Shown: positions 54,566 to 64,000 of the stretch, in pieces | Layout of the letters: the number at the start of each line of letters is the position of its first letter | Numbering within the stretch: position 1 is the first letter of the stretch | Source: the human T2T-CHM13v2.0 reference genome, Homo sapiens | DNA length: 64,000 nt | Assembly: GCF_009914755.1 (NCBI RefSeq) | Contig: NC_060942.1 | Direction: 5' to 3' (one strand) | Notes under the pieces: generated by a model | The model's input: the letters and a program-made list of their open reading frames with translations, nothing else | The model's database searches: none | What the model was told of the DNA's origin: nothing | Position numbers and translations under genes: made by a program

Positions 54566-56451
54566 CAAATTCTACTACTAAGTTCTCACGTAGCCAGGGG
54601 ACACCTGCAGAGGTTCCTAGGGGGCTGCAGGGGACATAGGCATCACTGTCTAAGAAGAGCTGTGGCTTTCTAAAACAAAACAAAAATCATTTATTGAAAA
54701 AAACATGGAAGTGTTGCTTAAAAAGGATGTGGAAACCACTGATTTAGTCTATCCTACAGTTTAGAGAGGAAGATGCAGAGGTGGAATGACAGGAAGGAAT
54801 CCATTCCAGGTGGGAGACTTAGTGTGTGGCCATGACCTGGGTCTCCTTGCAGACACTCTGGTCTTTCTTTGATGCCATCTCACCCTGATCGAAAGATCTT
54901 AAACAGATTAAAAACCTACCTAAATGAGCAGAAAGACCACAAACATTAGGGCCATGATGGGCAAGTAGCTCGTGATGCCAGCTGGGAACTAGGCCTCCCT
55001 CAGAGCAGCCAAGAAGGAGAATGAACGTGGGCTTGGCATGAGCCTGCGGAGGCTGCCAAGGCCTTTGGGCCTCCACCAGCTCCTCTATGCAAATGCAAGG
55101 GAGCAATTTGCATAGGGAAAATGCAATTACCCAAATTGGAACTGGGCCAGGACCTCATCGCCTGCATTGGGGAAGTGCTAGAGGATCCTTCAGAACAGAA
55201 AAGCCACCTCCTTTTTGTCTCCCTGCACCCCTAACCCTCCAGGGTTAGATCAGAGGAGGCTTGGAAATGAGACTGTTCCTACTGAGAGCCCTGCAGAGAG
55301 ATCCTGGTGGCTTCCCCCTTCCTATAGCCTCAGGGCTGGGAAGGCAGGACTTCTGGAGTCACTGGTATAGGTGAGGGGAGCTTGGATTTCTAAGTCCTCA
55401 CACTCCTGCCAATGTTATTTCACAGTGACAGTACTTGAGCTCTCAAGTTAATCTGTTCATATTGTTTTGTTTTATAAGTTATCATTAAACTGATGCCTGT
55501 CTACTGCCCTCACTGGAAAGAGCCTCAAACCACCTGACCTTTGACCAAAACAGACAATGCAGAGGTTGCACATCAACAAACACCAGTCCTGAAGGCAGGC
55601 AGTAGCCCTTTGAGAAATCAACCTCCGGGAGAGGAGCCACATGCCACCTTGGGCATGTTCCTTGACATTGGCGTTCCCATTCACAAACTGAGGGAGTTGA
55701 ACTTAGGAACCCTGAACTTCAGACCACTCTAGCATTCTAGTATTCCATGTCCTCCTAAGAATTCCCCATGAGACTGACAAACAAGTGACCTACACAAGCA
55801 TCCACATATCATGTGGTGAAGATGACCACAGCCACGCCTCCCCCAGTAGAAGATGAACTGAGCGTTCAGGAAGCCTATGATACTCCAGTCACTCACTAGC
55901 AACACACAGAAAGGTGTTAATCCATCTTTTTATTTAAACAGTCTGTTTATTCCATCCCACAAGTAAGAAAGTAAGTAAGCACATATTTGGCTTACTGGAT
56001 ATTGGGTGAGAAATACAAATGTAATTAAGACCCACCTTGGCCTTGAGTGCTCACCTTGAGTGGAGCCAAGCTGGCTTCCCAGAGCTTCCATTAGCATAAT
56101 ATTCCTGCAAGTGTTGTCCTGGGGTAACCCAGCTCTTAGCTATTCTTTTGCTGGAAAGGAAGTACTTTGTTGAAGGGCTCCTGTTTGATTTCTGAAGCCG
56201 GGCACAGGCTCTTACAGGAAACAGTGGGGGACTGCTCCATGCATGAAGAAGTGCCTTGCTCAGGGCAAAATCTGCTGTTTGGTGAACTGCTCTGCCTTGC
56301 CTTTGTGTCAGCATGATTTGATGGAACCATTAAGCTTTAACAATGCAGAAAATAAATCCCTATTAAAATATATGCACCTTAAAGTGCTGAGTTCTCAAAC
56401 CAAACTGCAGAGAACTGCAAGCTGCTCCTCCCCTTCTCTGCCTGTCACTAG

Positions 56452-57239
56452 TGTTGACTAAAAGAGTCAAACTCTGTAAAGTATTTTTAGGGATTTATTC
56501 TGAGCCAAATATGAGTGACCATGGCCCATGACACAGCCCTCAGGATAAACAGTATAAAATTCCAGCAAGGAGAACATGTGCCAAAGGTGGTCATGGTACA
56601 GCGTGGTTTTATATATTTTAGGGAGGCATGAGACATCAAATACATTTAAGAAATTCATTGGTTTGGTTCAGAAAGGTAGGACAACTCAAAGCTGGGGGGA
56701 GGGGGGCTTCCAGGCTATAGGTAAATTTAAACATTTTCTGGTTGACAATTGGTTGAGTTTATCTGAAGACCTGGGATCAATAACAGGAACAGGAAATGTT
56801 CAGGTTAAGATTGTGGAGACCAAGTTTTATTGTGCAGAGGAAGCTCTCAGATAGCAGACTTCAGAGAGAGAGCAGGTTGTAAAATGTTTCTTATCAGACC
56901 TAAAAGGGTGCCTGGCTCTTAGTTGATTATCTCCTGAATCTGGAAAGGAAGGAAGGAAAACAAAGGGGAAAGGGAATTCTCTATAGAATGTGGATTTTTC
57001 CCACAAGAGACTTTGCAGGGCAACTTCAAGGTGTGGCAAGGAAATATATTTGGGGGTTAAATACTTTGATTTGTTTTTCTTGTCTTATAATGTTATGCCA
57101 GTCAGATTGGAAAGTAAGTCACAACATACAGGGTCAAATAAAACCCATCTGATGAGAATTTGTAGTTTGTAGGGCATGACTCCCCAGACCCCTTAGATAG
57201 GAATTTGGGCAAGATAAAAATATTAGACCTTAGTCCTCA
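56452..57239 (-). mobile_element. ERV1 solo LTR, MER4 family (MER4D/E-like)
   Basis: Minus strand starts tgaggactaagg...ttatcttgcccaaattcctatctaaggggtctggggagtcatgccctac; TG..CA ends; perfect 4-bp TSD ctag (56448-56451, 57240-57243). Confidence 0.9.
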
Positions 57240-58522
57240 CTAGCCTGACTATCCTTTAAGGCCAAGTTAGGAAGTCTCTTGTTCCAAGAAACCTTTCCTT
57301 GATCCATCCTGGCTGGGAGTAATCTCTCACTCTTCAACCAGCCATAGACATTTACTTATCAAACACCTAGGGTAGAATTTGATTTCGATGATAACCAGAT
57401 TGGATTACAAATGTGAGTGCCACAAGAGTGGCTATTCAGTACCTTTCAGCTTTGTGCTCCCGTTTTATATCCACTGCCCATTCCTAGACACAGTAGGGGC
57501 TCCTGTAATTTTTTTTTTGATGGGGTGAATGCACTTGGCTGCAGAATCAGACACCTTGTCTCCCCAGCCATAGCCTAAATGAAATCCGTAGTGCTCAAGA
57601 TCTCTAGCAAAGGCACTCTCCACTGAGCCCTCAGGAAAATTTGGCTAGGCCCAGCTCTTAGAGGGTCCCAGCCCTCAGAAGCCCCTCCCCTGGACTCTAA
57701 TCTCATGTGACTGGGACATTCGTTTGACTCCTACCTCCGTCTTATAGACCCATGATGTCATTTACCTCCTGCTTTGCCACACGCTTTTCATCTGATTGTA
57801 CTACATTTCTCTAGCTGGAGAACAAAGTCTATCACTAAAGGCCAAGACTTTATCTCTCTCCCTTTCACAGACTAAAATTGTGCTGAGTACAGATGGATGC
57901 TTAACATATATTTGCCAATGCACTGACAAGCCCAGGGCTTGCAATTTGGTCTAAACACCTAAGCAACAAACAGACAGGGACTAATATTTTACAGCTGACA
58001 TATTTCTCCAGTTGGCCAAAGAAAAATGGGCTCTGGGACCAGGAAGGCATACAAGAGAAATGCGGGAAGACCTGACTGCAAAGCTATTTATTCCATGAAG
58101 GACCTTGTTTTCCCTGAGTCAACCTATGATGGTAAGGCTGGCCAGGGCTCTGGTACTAGCACCAGCTGTGGATCCTTGGGTGAGTAATAATCTCACTTGG
58201 CCTATTTTCTTATCATCTGTCATTCTTTTCACATGAAGTGCCAGGACTTGTCTTAATTCCTGGGGAAAGAAAAATAAATCAAAGGTAATCCATCCCAATC
58301 CTAATAAACAAGTTTCTAGTTAGTGGGAAAGATAGATGTGGAATACTAGAAATTACAGGGCAGTCTGTTGCTGCAAACAGTTGAGCAAAAAATATATGAT
58401 ATGGAAACCCGTGGATACCATAGCCACTCCTGCTGGCTGCAGAAACAAAAATTTCTGAAAGGGGCAACATTAAATTGGACAAAGCAATTTAAAAAAAGCC
58501 TTCCAGGCAGAGAATATAGCAA

Positions 58523-59026
58523 ACATGTTAGTTTTCTATTCCTGCTGTAACAAATTATCACAAATTTAGTGGCTGAAGGCAGTGCAATGTATTATCTCAC
58601 AGTTCTGTAGGTCAGAAGTCTCACATGGGTCTTACTGAGTTTAAGTCAAGGTGTCAATAGGACTGCATTCTTTTCTGGAGGCTCTGGAGGAGGATCCATT
58701 CCCCTACTTTTTCTGGCTTCTAGTGATTGCCCACATTCCTTGGTTCACAGCCCCTTCTTCCCATCTTCAAAGCCAACAACAGCAAGTTGAGTCTTTCACA
58801 CATGGCATCACTCTGACCTCCTCGTCTGTCTCCCTTCTCCGACTTTAAGCACCTTGTGATGGCATTGGGCCCACTTTGATACTCCAGGATAATCTCCCTA
58901 TTGTATGTTCAACTGGTCAACTGATTAACAAGCTTAATTCACCTTTACCATAAAAAGTAGCAGATTCACAGATTCCAGGAATTCAAACATGAACATCTTT
59001 GAGGAACCATTATTCTTCCTCCTATA
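58523..59026 (-). mobile_element. MaLR solo LTR (MLT1D-like)
   Basis: ttagttttctattcctgctgtaacaaattatcacaaatttagtggct...cagttctgtaggtcagaagtc...ccaggataatctccc...gaacatctttgaggaaccattatt. Confidence 0.9.
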
Positions 59027-59029
59027 GCA

Positions 59030-59920
59030 AGGTCAAAGGCACAGAGATGTGTGAGGACTTATTCTGTCTGGGAACAGAGAAGGGTTCAGGGGCAACATGG
59101 GGTGTTGACAGAGGAAGAACCAGGTTATAAAAGTTCTTGTATACCAAGTACATTACTTATTCTTCTTTTTCTTTCTTTTTTTTTTTTTTTTTTTTGAAAC
59201 AGGGTCTCACTCTGTCACCCAGGCTGCAGTGCAGTGGTGTAATCATGGCTCACCAAAACCTTGCCTCCTGGGCTCAGGTGATCCTCCCACCTTAGCCTCC
59301 CAAGTAGCTGGGGCCACAGGTGCACACCACCACACCTGGTTAATTTTTGTATTTTTTGTAGAGATGGGATTTTGCCATGTTGCCCAGGCTGGTCTCAAAC
59401 TCCTGGGCTCAAGGGATCCACCCACCTTGGCCTCCCAGCGTGCTAGGATTATGGGCGTGACCTACTGCACCTGGCCTACATTACTTATTCGTTAATCACT
59501 ATGGCATTTAAGTAGATGAGTGACCTTGTCACCTCCATTTTCTGAGCAATCACTCTAGCCAATGAGATAGAGAGGAAATAGAAGGAAGTGAGGCAGGGAG
59601 ACTGATTAGGAGGCCACTAGAGTCCACAAAGTAGGAGACAAAGTCTGAACTGAGGCAGCAACCATGGAGATGAATAGAGGGTTTGAAGCTACTTTGGAGG
59701 AATAATTGCCAGGATTTGAAGATTTCTGTGCTGAGGTGTATAAGGAAGAAGGAGAGGTTAGGGATGGTGGAGATTTCTAGCTTAGGAGCCTGGATGGATG
59801 ATGGTTCCATTAATTCAGTGGAGACTTATAGGGCAGGGGTGATAACACAGAGTTTTATGTGCCAGTGGGCTACATGGGTGAAGAAGTCCTGTAGGCAGGT
59901 CATGAGCTTAGGGCACTAGA
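59030..59920 (-). mobile_element. L2 fragment interrupted by AluJ
   Basis: gaagtgaggcagggagactgattaggaggccact...gatttctagcttaggagcctggatggatgatggttccatt. Confidence 0.7.
59163..59476 (-). mobile_element. AluJ
   Basis: acagggtctcactctgtcaccc...ctcctgggctcaggtgatcctcccacc (J-type); perfect 14-bp TSD tacattacttattc (59149-59162, 59477-59490). Confidence 0.95.
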
Positions 59921-60519
59921 ACCTCCTGCCCCCTTCCCAAGCGCATTGCAAGCTGGACTAAGAATACCTTCCTGCCCATTCAAGAAGTCAGGAGAACATA
60001 TTGTTACTCACCAGTTTATCACAGGCAACAGCAAATATGACCTCCTCCTCTGAAGACACTCTAGTGTGGCTCAGACACAAATGTTTCACAGCCCTCTTTG
60101 GTGTGTTCACTAGCCTAGGTTCTACAGAGAACCAGAGAGATCTCTGAGGTGCTCCTAAACTTGAGAGATGCCAGGTATCATGGGAAGCCAGGACACATGA
60201 GTCAAGAGAAATGCAATAACACAAGGGCCAAAGAAGAAGCCAGTCTGGCCCAAGCCAGAAGCCTGGGTGTGGTGTAGATGTCTCCTTGCCTCTTACCTTC
60301 ATATCACTAAGTCCTTTTGATGATATCTTCTAAACACTCTGGATTCTGCTTTTCCTCCTGCTTAAGCTCGGCCTTTCATAGTCTCATTTTAATCAGTATG
60401 AAAGCCTCCGAGCCAGTTCCCTGTCTCTGGTCTTGTTCCCCTTCCATCTGTTCTTTAAATGATAGCCAGAGAGCAGCATTTCTCTAACTTTAATCTCATC
60501 TTAACACTACTCAACTTCA

Positions 60520-61330
60520 AATAATTCAATAAAGCATAGAGAGAACATTTTAAATATAGGAGGGAAGCCCTTTCTAAACAGGACGTAAAACAAACAGTCC
60601 ATAAAAGAAAAGAATGATAAATTTGAATACATTAAAATTAAAATTTTCTACTCGGAAAAGAATGCCATAAACAAAGTCAAAAGACAACAAACTAAGAAAA
60701 AAAATATTTGCAATATAAATGACATGGTGCTAATAACCTAAATATATAGATGGTGTCTACAGATCAATAAGAGAAAAACTTAACTATCCAATACAAAAAT
60801 TGGCAAGGGAACATGAAGAGAAAATAAAATATAGATAGTTTTTATACATATAAAAAGAAAGTCTAACTCACAATAAGAACAATGCCAATTTTTCTAAAAT
60901 TAGAAACTAACAGATTAACCACATCAAAACATTTGATAATACACTTAATTGATAAGTTTGTAGAGACAGACACTTTCAAATGCTATTGATGGGAATGTAC
61001 TAGGATTTGGAAACTGCAAATATCTGTCTTTTTAAAATATTGTATTAAATATATTCTTTGACAAATACATTCAAAGAACATATTGTTTGAAATTATGTAT
61101 GTATAAAATTATTTCATAAACCCAGATATAGTTACATATATGTGAGCACAAAATTACATGTAAGAGCATTCACTAAAAATATCTCAAATGTCAAACAGAG
61201 AACTGCTTAAATAATCATAGTTTATGTGTAGTATAGAATGCTCTATAACTATTAAAAAGAATAAAGCGGAAAAAAGAATGAGGTAGTGCTACATGCTTAC
61301 TATGGAACAATCTCCAAGATAAAATACTAG
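60520..61330 (+). mobile_element. Old L1M ORF2 3' and UTR relic
   Basis: cataaaagaaaagaatgataaatttgaatacattaaaattaaaa...ataaacaaagtcaaaagacaa...atatttgcaa (degenerate L1 ORF2). Confidence 0.8.
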
Positions 61331-61339
61331 CAATAAAAG

Positions 61340-61545
61340 AAATACTTATATAGCATCTACTATATGTCAGGCATTATTCTAGAAGCTTTATATATTTATG
61401 TATAGTTTTATATTAATAGCATATTTCTATATATTTAACTCATTTAGTGATTACAACAACCTTATAACATATGAATTATTATTATTATTATTCCCGTGTT
61501 ATAGATGAGGAGACTGAGGCACATTAGAGTTTAGTAATTTGTCCA
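61340..61545 (-). mobile_element. MIR SINE
   Basis: tagcatctactatatgtcaggcattattc...atagatgaggagactgaggcac. Confidence 0.8.
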
Positions 61546-61594
61546 TTATGAATATATATGTGTATATATACACATATATATACATATGTATAGC

Positions 61595-62100
61595 TGTGAT
61601 TTTTTTCTCTCTGCTTCAATGTGGATATTTACATGTAATCTATTTTCTAGTTCACTAGTTGTTCTCTTCAGTATGTATAATTCACTGAGTTCTTAATTTT
61701 AGTTAATATATATTTTTTCAGTTTTAGAATTTTTATTTGATTCTTTAGTTCTCTACTGAAATGATCGATCTTTTATTTTAATTCTTTGAACATATTATCC
61801 ATAGTGATTTAAAGTCCAAGTTTGATAACTGAACCCCCTGGGTCTATTTCTAGTGTCTGTTGTTTATCTTGCCTTTCCAGTCAGCTTCTTGGCCTCCAGC
61901 TTCACTTACTTCAGTCTCTTTCTCTGGTCTTCCCTCATCTCCTAAATCTTGGCTTTGGAATTCCTCAGGACCTTGAAATCACTCCAAAACCTTCAAAATA
62001 TTTTTTTTGCTTTGGTTTTTGTTTTGTTTTTTAAATTTTGTTTGGCTTTTCTAGTTCTCAGAGGAAAAGTCAGTTGAAAATAGCTTAGTGCCCATCCTCC
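61595..62100 (-). mobile_element. Old L1M/HAL1-like fragment
   Basis: T-rich antisense L1-like text: ctagttcactagttgttctcttcag...ttttcagttttagaatttttatttgattc. Confidence 0.5.
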
Positions 62101-62149
62101 AGATATTTTTTAAGTGGAAAAAAGAAAAGCAAAGGCAGAATCCAGTCAG

Positions 62150-62570
62150 TTAAAACATCCCAAGCTAGACAATTTAATAAAGAAAACGTACTATAGGAAA
62201 CTCACGTCGAATGTGTTGATTGAGCTAAAAGAGCAAAGAGAGGGCAGTGAGGAGATTTAGAGATCAAGAGCTTCAGATTTAGAGAAACAGAGGAAGGAAA
62301 GGAAGTATCAAGGCTCAGGAGCCAAGGCCACCTGCCTGGAGCTTGCCCAGCAGAAGCTGGGACCACAAAGCCACAGAGTGCCCGGGATGCTGCTCAAAGG
62401 TGGAGGATGGAGAGTGTAGCCCTATTGCCTGACTTCTCTGCTCCTCCTGCCCTCCACTACTCTCCAATGCCTCCTATTGACCAAACTTACCAGAGAGTCA
62501 GTGGCCAAGGGAACCAGGGAAAAGCAGAGGAAGGCAGGGAGTGAATCTGAGACCAAGTAAGCAAATGACA
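62150..62570. mobile_element. Old ERVL LTR (LTR33-like)
   Basis: ccaatgcctcctattgaccaaacttaccagagagtcagtggccaagggaacc. Confidence 0.45.
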
Positions 62571-62767
62571 GGACACTAGGCTACTTGGAAAGACACCTAA
62601 GAAACTAGTCATTATTGTGGTTGCTTCTGGGATAGGAAGAGGTGGAGGATTGATGGGCTGAGAAACTAGAGTTGAAAGAGACTTATCACATGCATGCATT
62701 ACAGATTAACAATAAACATATATCATTGAAACGTCAAAGCAAACCCTTCAATGGCTTTCACCTGCCA

Positions 62768-62935
62768 CAGCGTTTCTCAAACTGCAGGGTGCATTAAAAT
62801 TACCCATTATACTGGAGAAAATGCATACCCCATGAAACAGTGGTCTGGTGTGCATCTCAGGAAACTGCATTTTAATAACCAGCTTGTGCAATTCTGGTGT
62901 GGCTGGTCCATGTGGAATACGTGGTGACCATTAGG
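62768..62935. mobile_element. MER5-family MITE
   Basis: cagcgtttctcaaact...aggaaactgcattttaataacc. Confidence 0.65.
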
Positions 62936-64000
62936 GCAGAATTTAATTTTCACCTAAATGACCACAAGTCCTTTCATGACATATGTGACTGATTCCTCTT
63001 CGAAACCCTTCTTAACAATGAGGGCAGAGGTTGGCCCTTGCCGCCTTCCTGCCTCTAATCTTTCTGCACAATGTCCTCCAAATTCTCACTGCATTTAGTC
63101 CTGATCATTTATTTGTGTATCTGCTTTTCTCATTAGCACCTGAGAGCGGAGGACTTTTCTTATTTGTATGAAATCCTAGAAATGCCTTGCATGTACTTTT
63201 CACATAGGAGGTGCCCAATGAAGGTGGGTTAAATGGACTAACTGGTGGTTTTCAGAGAAAGAGGGAATCTGAGTTGGCTGAGATGACCAGGAAGGGCTTC
63301 CCAGAGGAGAAATCACCTTAGACAAGCAGAGTGGAGGGGAAAATACATTCCAGGCTGGGGAAAGGGAATACACTGAGGTCCTAAAGGCAGGCAGGCTCAT
63401 TTCTATTAGTGAACAACCGTGGCAATGAATATAAAGTGCTTTGGTGTTTCTTTATTTTTTAAGACAAATTCCCTAAAACCATACTCAGTAGGTTGCGTAT
63501 CCCCCCTGTCTGGGGCCATAACTTCCCCAGATGTTAATGAGTACTTCCAGCATTGATCAAGGGGAGAGAGACCCCTACGGGTTTATAAAACATGCAGATG
63601 ACTGGTTTTTAACGAATGCAAAATGTCAAACAAAAGCAGCATCACAGGCCAGTTACTCATGCATAGTAAAGTTCCCAGGGAAAAAGAAGCAAATAAATAG
63701 GGAAAAAATACCTTGGCTGGAACCATTTCTAATAGGCAATGGACAATTGAGAACAGTGGGGGTTTTCAGGGACACGGGAGCAAATAGCAAATACATTTGG
63801 AAGATATCAGCAACAGTGAGATCAAGGCCATACCAAATAACCCTCTGGCTTTTGTTTTTATTAGGGAATAGGGCTTGTATTCAGCCTTCCCATGATAAAA
63901 AATGTACAGGGCTAAGCTTTTGTTTATTTGTGGGAAAGGGGAAGGAGAAAGAGTTGGACATATGTACAGCAAGAAGAAAACAATTCTAGAAATGGTGGTG

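Overview
Primate, most likely human, non-coding genomic DNA (intergenic or deep intronic). It is dense in interspersed repeats: Alu, MIR, L2, L3/CR1, old L1M, MaLR/ERV solo LTRs, and hAT/mariner MITEs. It also carries microsatellites. I find no supportable protein-coding gene, RNA gene or CRISPR array; the supplied ORFs look like chance or repeat-derived frames. Repeat subfamily names come from recalled consensus sequences and most boundaries are approximate, so they need RepeatMasker/Dfam confirmation. Main unexplained structures: (1) four short insertions of 24-65 bp, each a near-perfect copy of sequence 0.9-2.5 kb away (two direct, two inverted), with microhomology, target duplication or snap-back hairpin at the junctions, consistent with fossil templated DNA-break repair; (2) an intact-looking C-terminal motif of an ancient L2/CR1-type LINE ORF2 in CpG-retaining unique DNA at about 5.5 kb; (3) a CpG-rich, motif-dense putative developmental enhancer at about 44.4-45.3 kb; (4) a very young AluY of the Yg6-like lineage; (5) a roughly 1 kb (CAC)n tract with a 126-bp higher-order duplication. 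I see no evidence for a novel multi-gene system.
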